From Tubiluchus corallicola (Eukaryota > Animalia > Priapulida): a stretch of DNA of 64,000 nucleotides. Position 1 is the stretch's first letter, and each line of letters opens with the position of its first letter. Under the pieces are notes generated by a model, which was not told the origin of the DNA, did not search any database, and saw only the letters and a program-made list of their open reading frames with translations. Position numbers and translations under genes: made by a program. Shown here in pieces: positions 13,129-24,100 of this stretch. Where the stretch lies: positions 194,204 through 258,203 of the forward strand of contig JAQGDQ010000223.1 of the NCBI GenBank assembly GCA_030141605.1, written 5' to 3'.

Positions 13129-14966
13129 TATTATTATTATTATTATTATTATTAGCGGCGGCAGCAGCAACATGAACATGTAATGAATACGATAATATTC
13201 AGAGAAGAAACTCAAAAGAAATGAATTTTCACCTAACAAGGTTAATCTTAGAGCCTTTTTGTTTCTTATTAACGTACATAGAGATGACATTAAAATGATC
13301 TAGATACTCGCTAAGTTAGGTGGCTAACTTCTTCAACCAATTACGGGCGTGGCACTTTTCTTTGGCTTTGGTTTTGGCCGTTCCTTTCCTCATTCATATC
13401 AAGTACTGTTGATGTTGATTTAAGCGACATTACCAAATTTGAAAATTTTAGCACACGGCTCACGTTCTTTTTGATAATAGATGCTGACTGCATATAATAC
13501 ATACAAAAGTAGCTATAATTTAGTTTCATTACTAGTTTTTTTATGTAGAAAAACGCATTGCTGCCATTACTCACCATCCATATAATGTAGACTATAACAC
13601 TGATTACTCGCACCACTGTGCCGAATCTGTGCTGGAAATACTGTAAAGAAACAATACTTTGATATTTATTACATTCAAAAAAATATTCTGTCGCGAAAAA
13701 CGAAGACATGTAAATATTTTCCAAATTTTTAGGCACACGATACAACTGCTTTAGGCAGATCATCATTGTAGGATGTCCCAGATGCAGGCAAGAAAGATAG
13801 ATTAATTCATTGTTGGACCTAAGACTTCTAACAGATATCGTAGGTTAAGCATAATTGTGAAAAAATATTTCAATTACTAAAGTTAATGTTGCGTAAAAGA
13901 ATTATTTGCAAGGCAGAAAATAACAATCGCAAAAATTTCAAGATTTTGCAGAGCTATGTTGTTTTAAAATCGTTTTCTCAATAATATTTCTAATTAAGTT
14001 CATTACAACAATCGTAGTTAAGAATGATTTGGCTTAACACACTTGAAAAATATAGTTTAAACTTATTTGTTTATTGTGGAATTACAAGACAGACTGCGTC
14101 CGATAGAGGTATCTCCACGGTGCAAGTGCTGAGTGCAAAGTGCTAGTAAAAGAATAATGGGCATCACAACTAATAATTATCATACTCGATTCGATAAACC
14201 AATTGACTAAATTACAACCAGCAAATGGTGAAAAATAGTTTGGAATAAACATTATAGTATCGGTGGCCTTGCTAGAATACGTATAAAACCAGTCTATATT
14301 TAAAAAAATGAACCAATTTTTAATAAAGTGGAGTTTACATGTATCAAAACAACGACTAAGTAACACAAATATTTCAAGTTGATCGGCCGCCCTCAAACTT
14401 AGCAGTTAAACACTTTTACGTACTGCTATTACAGCTGGTTCTTAGCAATGTAGGCCTGCGGGCTATTTATAGACAGTTTAATACATATTATATTTATAAA
14501 CTTAAATGTTTTGCCAGGCAAGTTGTTTTCCAATGTTGCTACATAGGCAATATCTCAGCTATCGAGTTAATGTAACGTTTATAAGTTACTGTAACGCTGA
14601 TGTTATTAGACAAAAAATTACCTCGTATATGCTGACCATTTCCAGCTCATAGAAGATAGGCAAAAACAAATGGGCGCACAAGGGACATGCAATGATTGGT
14701 CCGAAATAAGACCAGGATAATAATGTTCCAAAATTGTACATTTCTGCCGGTGCCCCTAAAATTCCAATAGTCGACAGGAACGTTGCCACCATTGAAAATA
14801 CGACGGGCATGATAGGCATGTTCTTGTTCGCTTGCAGGAACTCTTTTGTTGTTCTCTGTTTTCCACCGGAACAGGCATAGTAGACCCCAATGACAGCCGC
14901 GATACTGAGACAAAAAGCGAACACGATGTAATCGAACACAGCGAACTGGCGAACGTTATCAGCCAT
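438..14966 (-). CDS. SLC5-family sodium:solute symporter (sodium-coupled monocarboxylate/multivitamin/iodide transporter-like); exons 1-10, 3' part outside the window
   Basis: Ten GT-AG exons join in frame: 14622-14966, 13575-13640, 10913-10964, 8647-8714, 6458-6612, 5555-5695, 4722-4851, 4334-4422, 2307-2434, 438-508. Motifs [53 protein letters not shown]...[40 protein letters not shown] are typical of the SLC5A5/6/8/12 subfamily. The paralog cannot be assigned. Confidence 0.93.
930..994 (-). mobile_element. tRNA-derived SINE head / tRNA pseudogene
   Basis: Minus strand has A-box TGGCCGAGTGGTTAAGG and B-box GAGTTCGAATC, but the anticodon arm is shortened and the acceptor stem does not pair. 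Confidence 0.6.
1849..1947. repeat. Perfect 32-bp inverted repeat beside (TA)n
   Basis: ATGTCTATAATTTGCATATCGTATATATTAAT (1849-1880) and its exact reverse complement (1916-1947). Confidence 0.9.
2307..2434 (-). CDS. SLC5 symporter exon 9
   Basis: [21 protein letters not shown]...ATNISKGI|GTAGGT; 128 nt. Confidence 0.9.
2589..3970. repeat. 24-bp minisatellite, ~57 copies, in SLC5 intron 8
   Basis: Consensus GATAATGTGTCAGCGTTCTCAGTC in an uninterrupted tandem array with blocks of variant units. Confidence 0.97.
4334..4422 (-). CDS. SLC5 symporter exon 8
   Basis: [29 protein letters not shown]-|GTGAAC; 89 nt. Confidence 0.9.
4722..4851 (-). CDS. SLC5 symporter exon 7
   Basis: TLYLYGFG...[24 protein letters not shown]|GTAAAA; 130 nt. 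Confidence 0.9.
5555..5695 (-). CDS. SLC5 symporter exon 6
   Basis: [18 protein letters not shown]...[18 protein letters not shown]; 141 nt, phase fits both neighbours. Confidence 0.85.
6458..6612 (-). CDS. SLC5 symporter exon 5
   Basis: [16 protein letters not shown]...GGRQIWF|GTAAGT; 155 nt. Confidence 0.9.
8085..8372. repeat. Interspersed repeat, copy 1, with ~33-bp internal subrepeats
   Basis: TAGGCTGCAGCC...GCACTGCT and TTGAGATAAGGG.CCC.GTTTGAAGC units are shared with 18832-19070. Confidence 0.65.
8647..8714 (-). CDS. SLC5 symporter exon 4
   Basis: [23 protein letters not shown]|GTAAGT; 68 nt. Confidence 0.9.
8845..8916. repeat. (TAA)n microsatellite, probably a retroposon tail
   Basis: Adjacent minus-strand AATAAA (tttatt near 8919). 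Confidence 0.85.
8990..10340 (+). mobile_element. Degenerate non-LTR retrotransposon (LINE) reverse transcriptase fragment in SLC5 intron 3
   Basis: [46 protein letters not shown] and LAYADD (YADD at 9918-9929), with stops, frameshifts and an internal deletion right after YADD. Confidence 0.9.
10525..10590 (-). mobile_element. tRNA-derived SINE head (degenerate)
   Basis: Minus strand TAGCCTGCTGTAGTGTGCCCGCC...GGAGGTCGTGAGTTCGATAC has B-box and tRNA-like spacing. Confidence 0.45.
10913..10964 (-). CDS. SLC5 symporter exon 3
   Basis: ttttAG|[17 protein letters not shown]-|GTAAAG; 52 nt. Confidence 0.9.
12931..13153. repeat. Compound trinucleotide microsatellite (CAC/CAT/TAT)n
   Basis: Seen directly; explains the poly-T/I/M/V ORFs. 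Confidence 0.95.
13575..13640 (-). CDS. SLC5 symporter exon 2
   Basis: tacAG|[22 protein letters not shown]|GTGAGT; 66 nt. Confidence 0.9.
14622..14966 (-). CDS. SLC5 symporter coding exon 1
   Basis: ATG at 14966 ([16 protein letters not shown]...SIYE), donor GAG|GTAATT; 345 nt. Confidence 0.9.
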
Positions 14967-17900
14967 TCCGAGCGTTTGTCTCACAAACCACACCACTAGC
15001 AGAATCGAGAATGAACTGAACTTCACACACAGCAACAACCATCCAAATGTCCGTGCCCCGGTGGTGGCACGATCGCGCAATCACCAATGTCGCTTTCTCT
15101 AATGTTGTCGCTTACGGCTGAAAAATGACTACAGACAATATACGCTGAAATAATTAAGGTGACCACGCCCATTCCTGGCTTGCTGGGACATTTCAGCTAC
15201 ACTTGGCTATCACAGCCAAGATATTACACTTGGGAAGTGCTTTTTGATAATAGTTATTATAGATAAACTAATGCGTAACGATAAACTTCAATTTCATCAT
15301 TTTTTGCAAAAATTACTCATTGGGAAAAAGTGAAGAGAGAGAAAGAGAGGTAGGAGTTAAAGGATAGGAAGGAAGAAGAGAGGAAGAGAAGGAAAGAGAA
15401 GAGAACGCACTCATCTGAGTTTAACATAGCTGATATTTTTTTATAAAACGGCTAGGCAATGAAAATTTTGTATTACTACTGCTACTGCTGTTGCTAGCGC
15501 TATCGCCACCACCACTGTTTTTTTCAGAAAAACAAGAAGCCGTGGAATAGTGTAGCTTCCGTTCATCATCATCACATGCCCGTTACGTCTATTGTAGACA
15601 ACGGGGCAACAGAATTCTAAAATAAAAAAAAATCCGCCCAAAAGACAGGAAAACACAGTAGTAATCCAGCAGAAAATTAATCGACTGTTACGCCAGTGGC
15701 TTGTCAGCAACACGTCCTTACTTCAGATGGAAAAGAATAACCTGTACATCATAATTAACATCGTGTACGTGTTACGTCATTACAGCCATAGCCAATTTAT
15801 ACCCCTCAAGTTCAGTTACGGTGAGATGGCTCTGACGGTTTTAAGATTCTCAAAAAGACCTTAAAGGTTTCCAAATAAAATTCTGTGTAAAACTTAAATT
15901 AGAAAGAATTTTGCTCCAGTCTTAAGACCTAGTGAAATATGATTTAGTTTCAGAATTACAAACTAAGTAGTGTACTAGATAAAGTCGAACCGCGCTGCAA
16001 TTGATATTGAAAAGCTGAAGAAGAGGATAAAGTTGCTTGCAAACATGTTTTGCTTCTTTCAAAGTGGCTTACAGGAATATTGACATTTATGCTTAATTTT
16101 CGTGGACATCAAGCTATTTAATATGTTTTGAACCCACCATGAGTGAACAAAACAGAAATCATTTTTACTTGTTTAATCAAATGTCATTCTTTGTAACTCA
16201 TGACAAAGGCAAAGGGGCACACCCTGTCTGAAGTTCTTGAATGGCAAGTCAATGCAAATTTGCAAATAAACATTGAAAAATTCACGGTCAAACATGCACG
16301 TTGATTTTTTTATGTTTTTTTCCAAAAGCACTAAACTGATGCTATTGACTTAAACTTGCAATGAATTATAATTTTTGAAGGACGAGTAAATTCGTTTTTG
16401 TTGCATTTTTGTTACTAGCTAGTGTTAATGAAATGGTTTTCACTCTTGTTACAAAGGGTGCTAGGACGTGATTATCTCGCTTGAAGACGAAACCGAGGGA
16501 GGATTGGGGTAAAAACTGACATAACCACTGAAGGAAAGACATTAAATTTTAAATAAAGAAATGCTATTTTAATAAGTAGTGGATTTTGATTTCTGACTGT
16601 AAGAAGTGAAAAGAAAAACCACAGCTAGATTAAGGTATGAAACATTATAAAGATTAAATTACTAAAAATACCTTTGTATGTAGGCCTACTTTTATATTAT
16701 ACGTTTACATTATATCTACTTATGATAACTTTCAAATTTAACGCGCCTACAATTTCTGACATCCTGCACGTTGTCAATATACCAATATACTGTGTGACAA
16801 TGGGTCGCCGGAGGAGCCTGCACGGGGTTTTCTATGTACCTTGCAAGTATCTTGCATGGTATACCTGCAGCGGTCAGGTTGAAGACCGCAAATACTGCAT
16901 AGACGCGGAGACAGAACCTAAATATTTATAGGGCAGGGACGGCACACCACATTAATATACAGGGGCGGATACAGGTTTCAGAACAACGGTGGGCTTAACA
17001 GGAAAGTAGTTAGGGGGAATGGGGGAGCAATGTAAGCTACCCAGCGAGGTCCATCCGGGCAACAATACGTTTTGCTGCATTTAAGACCACCTTTCTGCCT
17101 TCTAGAAGCCATTTCCTCAAGGAAGTTCACTAGTTTATAAAACATGTTGTCAACTCACCTTTTACTCAAAAATACATACCAATATTTTGATATACACTAT
17201 ACAGCATACATGATGTATATAACTTTCATCTGTTTTCTTGGGCCCACCTCCTATACCAGTTGAAAAGGTCGAATATGTCAACTTTACGAGCTACTTGTGT
17301 AACTGCTTCTTCGTGAAGTCAGCGCCTGAACCATGCCAGATCTACGTGTGAGTAGCAGAACACAGGAAATGGAATGTTGTTGTTGAGGTTTGTTCGCTTT
17401 TCTCGGACAAAAAGAACTGTCCAAACCCTGGCTAGCAGGCTGCAGGTCCACCACTAGGGTACACCAGTAATTTCACACACCCTGGTGCTGGGCCAACATC
17501 AGCACAGCAGTGGGATTTGTCAGGCAGACGAGAACTTATTAGCCAGTAAGGAAGATCATCTAGGTGTGGGAAAACGTTCCTAACCCGGGCAGATGCAACT
17601 GGTCAGCCCAGAATAACAACTTTTTATTAAATCACTTCCTGCCTCTGGAGACGATTCTATCGAAGCCATGGTAGCTAAATATGACAGCAAGCCCCTACCT
17701 GACCATCTTATCACAATAGCCGACAATTGAGAAAGAGAGAGTACAGCTGGCTCCAAATGGTCTTGTACTAATAACAACGTGTAAGAAACTATAATTATGT
17801 ACGGTAATTGCAGAGTAATCGTAAAGTGTAGAATTGTAATGTTATCTGTTGCTGTGTTGGGCTGACTGCCATTTTGTCACAGACTGAGTGTAAGCTGATG

Positions 17901-18185
17901 GTGTGATGAAGAACATTGGAGTAAACGAATCCATGTAAGACGCCTTCATTGCATTGCGCATGTACTAAGACTATCTCAGGAAACTTTGCTTCCTATAATA
18001 CTACGTAAAGCTCTTGAAACGACAAAAAGCCGAGAGGGGGTCAGCTATTACCGTATATGCTGTAAATATAGATTGCAAAAAGATTTAGCAACATACAACT
18101 TTAGATTTTAGGACGACGCATCGTGGGCAGTAACGCCAGTCAGCAATGCCTACCATCAGGACCTCGTGCCAAGCTTTAGTGCGTA

Positions 18186-18412
18186 TAAAGTGCCGTTTAA
18201 GTAGCATCTGGATGCGGATGCGTTTGGGGGCTACGGCGTAGATAAAATCGATTTATATTGTTTTCAATGCACCCGTTTATACAGCCCGTGTATGCGTTTT
18301 TCTTGTTCTGCAACTATTCCTATTGATTTTTTCGGCAAACCATTTCGCATGCTGTTAAGCAGTAGAAACCGCATCTGCATACGCATCCGGATGCTAAATA
18401 AATGCCACCTAA
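18186..18412. mobile_element. Harbinger-like MITE, copy 1
   Basis: Imperfect ~35-bp TIRs (AGTGCCGTTTAAGTAGCATCTGGATGCG / CGCATCCGGATGCTAAATAAATGCCACC), TAA flanks; shares core TATATTGTTT.CAATGCACCCGTTTAT with 60376-60560. Confidence 0.75.
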
Positions 18413-18831
18413 CTTGACTTAAGCACGCAAACGACGACGAATTATTGTTATACTTCTAACAAAATAGTTTATTTGTTTGTCAGTAGAGGTACAAGTAGCT
18501 TGCTTCTGCCTGTGCTGTCAAGACTTCGTTTTGTCCCATTATAGTCATTTCATCAAAACTTGAAATCTCTATAAAATCTACACATAAAAAGCAGTTAATC
18601 AAATAATCTGTATTTATAACACAAAGAATTAAATGAACAGGACTACATCATGAATTCAAAGCCACAAGGTTCTACTGTGAGACAACTGCTAGCTTAAGTA
18701 TCACAAAAACACAGAGAGTAATAATGTTGGTCTAAAAACACCGAACAAATGAAAAATGCTGTACAACTTAAAACACAGAAAATACTTACAAACCACCAGC
18801 AAAGCTGCTGTATTACAGTTACTGGTTTACC

Positions 18832-19070
18832 TATAGGCTAGTGTAGGCTGCAGCCATGGCCCCTTAAGCTCGGGAACACACTTTGCACTGCTGAATAATC
18901 CATATAACTTAAATTATAATTTCAGCTTTAAAAAGTCTTAAAAATTCAACTTTAAAGTTGATCCTCACTGTTTGAAGCGTCTCATTTGAGACAAAGGGTC
19001 TTTGTTTGAAGCCCTTTATTGGAGATAAGGACCCCTCTCTGAAACCCTTTATTTGAAATATGGGGCCCAC
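18832..19070. repeat. Interspersed repeat, copy 2
   Basis: Colinear similarity to 8085-8372. Confidence 0.65.
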
Positions 19071-20684
19071 AGCTATGCAAGTGTTGCTGAAATATATCAT
19101 AAGTAAAAATATTCACGATGAGTGCTAGCAAATTATAGAGTGGCTCTGTCATAGGGGGCCCATAATTTCATTAGCCTAGGAGCCCTAAAAGGTCTGACCC
19201 TGTGCATAATCAAATTTTCCACTCACAACATTACAGAAATTGTACATGTTTGATGCGTAATATAAATTTAGGAACAAAAAGTATCTGAACAGAACACGAA
19301 ATCTGTGATATTACAAATATAATGCAACTTAGTTTTTTTTAAAACCGATGAATAAACAGTGTATACAGACTTGCATAAACTTCTATAATTATAGTCAAAT
19401 GTGAGTTGGCCATTATGTTAAAATGCTGAATGAGGAAATATATACATACCTCAGCTATCATAGCTACTGACTTACAATCTAATTGCTATAATATGCACAT
19501 TCATCACAACAACAATATTATTAAGATAAACATATATGTTTAATGTTAACATACTAACTTATAGCTATTTACATTTTCAATTGATAAAAAATAAACAGAA
19601 ATTATAAAATCATCGGTGCCTCACAACCTCAGTTTAATGCAGCACATTTGTCAAATCTCCAAAAACCACTTATGTTATACATGTATCATATCATAATTGA
19701 AAATGCAAGTAGATTATGCACATAGTTTTCTTTTTTATATTATAATTACATTTTCTTGGGAAAAGTGTCCCTCACAGTGTACCCAGAAAAAAATAAGTCT
19801 ATGGTTTATTTTGGCTCTTAATCTTATTTTCGAGAAAGTAAAAACGAGGGACACTATTTAATCTAAAAAGAGTTGCTGGGCACATTCACATTTTTTACTC
19901 ATAGAGACTTTGCATAATTGCTATAATGACTCAGACATGTTTAAAAGTTTGTGCAGTCAACGTGAATGCCACTTACTATGTCATTTTCGCTTCACAAAAG
20001 CAAATTCATTCTGAGTCAAGAGTAGATTTGGAGTTGTTTCAGTTTCCTGTTCACAGTCAGTCGAGTCTAGGAAGTGATTTGGGCCAGATGAGGAGAATTA
20101 CAATACTTTTTAGTTTAATGGCTTAATTTTACCTTGGCATTTGCTTGCAGCCAGTTTCAATGACAAGTCTGGATTGCAGTTGCATTCCTGGTTCGCAGAA
20201 TTTGTATTAAAAACAAAACAAAAAACCTTTGGCAGGTAGGGCATGCATGTTTTAACTTCTAGAGATCTAAAATTACCAATTACTGATTACTAACTGGAAT
20301 ACAATTAGGTAAAATGCAGTGTGCATTAGTTAAAATAAAATATGAAATAAAAAATAAATGTCAGCAACTTCCTGACCTAAGTTTTGAAATCATCATTTGA
20401 TTCCAAAGTGAAATAAAGTTGCTTCAAGTGACATGAAAAGCGAAGACTGAAAGATATAATATATTAGTATATTATGACAGAATGCTAGAAATTTTAATGC
20501 TATAGAATGTTTTTTTATATTTAACTAATCAACGTAGACAGAGCTATACTAAGTTTTACAAAAATTCGTTTAAAAGACAAAAATAGAAAGTAAATGCTAC
20601 ATTTACCACTGTTTGGTATGAACAAAATATAGTTTTCTTTATCGTGAAATGGGTAACCTTTTATATGTAGACAAGTGCAAAATA

Positions 20685-20785
20685 CAACCAAACCTCATTA
20701 TAACGCCTCTTATATAGAGCAAAACTCTGTATAATGCTAACTTTTTCTGGTGTCCCAAAGTGGGAAATATAAAGAGGTTTGACTG
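20685..20785. mobile_element. Very short Tigger-like MITE
   Basis: TA|CAACCAAACCTCATTATA ... TATAAAGAGGTTTGACTG|TA. Confidence 0.7.
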
Positions 20786-21021
20786 TATCCACAGAATGTT
20801 CACACATTTTATTGGTGCAAATGAGAATAATATAGCTTAGCTAATGACAGAATTGTGCATTTCACAGTCACACGTGCTGTCTTTCTTAACAAGATATTCT
20901 CCTAGGTACTTTTTAATAGCAATTATGCTCTTCCTTGTGGAGCTTCATAAGCTTACTCTACTCGTATCTGAAGCGGACAGAGTTGCAACTTTATAAAGGT
21001 TTTCACAAAAGTGTGCATCAT

Positions 21022-21105
21022 TTATGGGTGCTTGCGAGATAAAGCATTACTGTTCTGTATTGTGCTGCTCTGAAAGTATTCCTTTGAGTCTCGTTTCAGT
21101 CCTTT
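21022..21105 (-). CDS. PRC1: PRC1 terminal coding exon
   Basis: Long pyrimidine tract, ttgcAG|[27 protein letters not shown]; AATAAA on the minus strand at 20808-20813. Confidence 0.72.
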   Translation of the reverse strand, partial: KGLKRDSKEYFQSSTIQNSNALSRKHP

Positions 21106-24100
21106 CTGCAATAGCAAAAGAAAGAAAAAGTGAAATAAAAGCAGTTGCACGGACTAGTCAAAGCTCTTTTACCCTAATATCATCCGTATTATATGTAAGC
21201 TTCATTTTGCATTTTCCTAAAAAACATTTTGTGGTAAAAATCCCTAAAATCCAATATTTAGCAATGATTTAACAACAAAAACACACTAAAATCTATTGTG
21301 AAACCTAAAATCTTTTTAAAACCAAGCTTTCTGATAGCAAAAATCTTTAGCCAGAGTACTGAATATGAAAGTATGGAAGACATAAATCAACTGAAATAAA
21401 ACCAGCAAAAATAATGAAATATTTCACTGTGTTGACTACACTTTTGTTTCAGTTACTTTCAATGGATTTTTAAAAGAATGTTACTGAATTTACAGTGTTT
21501 GGAGTGTTTTTGTTAACTGGTTAAGTCTAGTAACTACAGTTTACATATATTTTTGGAAAATTTAGATGCAACACATCAAGTGTTTTTACACTAGGAGCTA
21601 TCTTGTTTTGCTATATTATTGAAATAGCTCCAGATCAACATATTTTACTTCTAAAATAGTTCCTAACAATATCAGTAAAATGTTTTCAAATAAATGATGT
21701 TAAAAACCCACAACCCACAATTATCATTAATTAAGTATGAAAATAATTATGGAAAACAAAAAGGAAGTACAGTAAATTACAATATCATAATTTTGAAGTC
21801 AAACTGCATTTGCTTATACGTACTTATAATACACATAATTATACGTAATAATAGTAACAACAACAACAATACAAGAGCAGTACACAACTTTACAACAACT
21901 AAACTCATGAGAATATGAACCACTAAGAGTTTCTATAGGCTCAAAGTGACTTTAGTAGACACCTAGCTGACCCCAATCAGACTATTTACTTTCAACTTAA
22001 AAGACCACGGAATGGTCTGTGATTTATAGAGCTACTTTTAATAGAGGTCCATTACAAGGTTATGTAGGTCAATATCACGACTTATGGTAGTAAACATGAT
22101 GAATTTTAGTTTTCAGTTAAACTCCAATCTCACAAGTGTTCAGGTATTGCATGGAAGATGTACCTGGGGTTTTACAAAAGTGGGATTCATTAACATCCAG
22201 AGATAGGAGTCAGAATGTGAAAATTAGGGTAAACATCGTTGCCACGTAACTACCCTTACAGTATTAGACTAGAAGCTTATGTTTTTACACATTTGTCATA
22301 TTGTCACTCCTGTTTCACCTGCCTTCAGTATGACAGTATTGTCGTTAGTCAGTAAGCCTTATCTATTGTTTGTTGTTTTTGAAAATCCCAGGTGTAATTT
22401 TGTCATTTCAATAAGTCAAATTATGACCTTGAGACAAAAGATCAAGGTCAGCAAACAATTTCCAGTTTCTGGTACAAACAAAGTACAGATTAAAGCAATC
22501 GGGTACTCATGTTACCATTCCAGATGAAGTGTTAGTCATATTGCAGACTCTTCAGCTTATGAATTTATCGTAAACAACAGTCTAGTTTACAAATAAAACT
22601 CAGTCAGTTTAGTCTCTACATACAGAGGAAATGGAAACAGCTATTAATATGCAGAATATCAGCTGATAATCCAATTATAGACTTAGAAATGTTTCAGTGG
22701 AATGTATTGGTACATGCTATACAAAAAGCAAGTTGGATAATTTAGATGAAGGTGAGAAAACTTACCGTAAACTCCATATAGCCCACAGCACTACTAGCAA
22801 CAGACATAATTGTGCCGTCCGACTTTGCTTTGTTTATGGGAGAAGAACTTAATGGTAGCTGCCTGTCTCTAAATGCTCTCCGACTGCGATGTGAACCGGC
22901 ACTATTCATCGGGGTCGTCCTCTACAAAAAGGATAAAACTGGTAAAAAATTGCACTAAGAAGTTAAAATAATGTTTCTCTTTTTTATTAAAAAATATGCA
23001 AAGTTGAAAGTTTTGTGTATAGAGAAAAGTTTAGCAAATTTTTACTATAGGATTTACATTTTGCTCAATCTCACTGTTCTATCACTTAAACACTTTGTGG
23101 ACAGGACTCATTACTAAATACAGTTGACCTTGGATATAAGGTACTCGCTTATAAGGGACCACCAACACTGGTCTTGATTTTTCATAACGTTTTTCCTGAG
23201 TAAAAATCTTCGTATATAAGGTACTCGGATATAAGGGATTTTCGGTTATAAGGGACGATATCTTCAGGTCCCACGTAATAGAAACCCGGGTAAATTACCT
23301 GACATATAAGGGGCCCTATGTTCAAAACAAAATTGATCGATTTTTAACCTCAGTTTTTCGCAAACTCCGCCTTAGAACAGCTCAGTTTCCGCTGTCATAT
23401 ATATCTCACATCACTGAAGGAGCTTCCTACATACCGTTTGCACTGAATGTGTAGCAATAATCCATAAAAATATGGGTATAAGTATAGAAAAGTACAGGTC
23501 TAGATACACCCTCAGTCTGACTCAACTTCGGCTGTAAGGGACTTCGGATATAAGGGACGGTTTTTCCCGGTCCCGAGGTGTCCCTTATATCCGAGGTTGA
23601 CTGTATTATCACTTTAACAGTAGTACAAAGGCTACAAAATGCTTCTGAATTGAGATATTAGTATGCATTCTCTATGTAAGATAGCATGGAAAGTGTGCCA
23701 ATATCATTGATAGATCATGATCATAATCACAAGCACGAAATGGAGATGGAAAAGTTGGAAAACTTTTCGTGGAAAAAATCTGCTAGTGTGTGGAATAGGC
23801 TTAAATTGCCCAGAAAAAGAAGCATTTGAGCTTTATCAGTTCTAGAATAGGAAAACTTTATGATAATCGAAGGGCAATGTATAGTATCCAATTGTTATGA
23901 AAACTTAAAATATCTAAGAACGCTGCTACATAGTTATAGCTGCACCTATACATTACCATCACAATACAGTAACATTACCATTATTAAAAATCAATTATCT
24001 TATACCTTATGGGCAGATGATGGTGTCTTAGGCAAAGGCGGTCTTTTCTCAACTTTCAGTGGACTACCATAATTCACCTGGAAAAGAAACAATAAGCAAA

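Noticed and set aside
12128-13290. Poly-T/Q/I/M/V ORFs
   Set aside because: Translations of trinucleotide microsatellites.
14967-15080. N-terminal extension of the SLC5 ORF
   Set aside because: It begins at a non-ATG codon; family similarity starts at the ATG at 14966.
17230-17950. GC-richer segment suggestive of an LTR-element remnant
   Set aside because: No gag/pol motif, paired LTRs or PBS could be identified.
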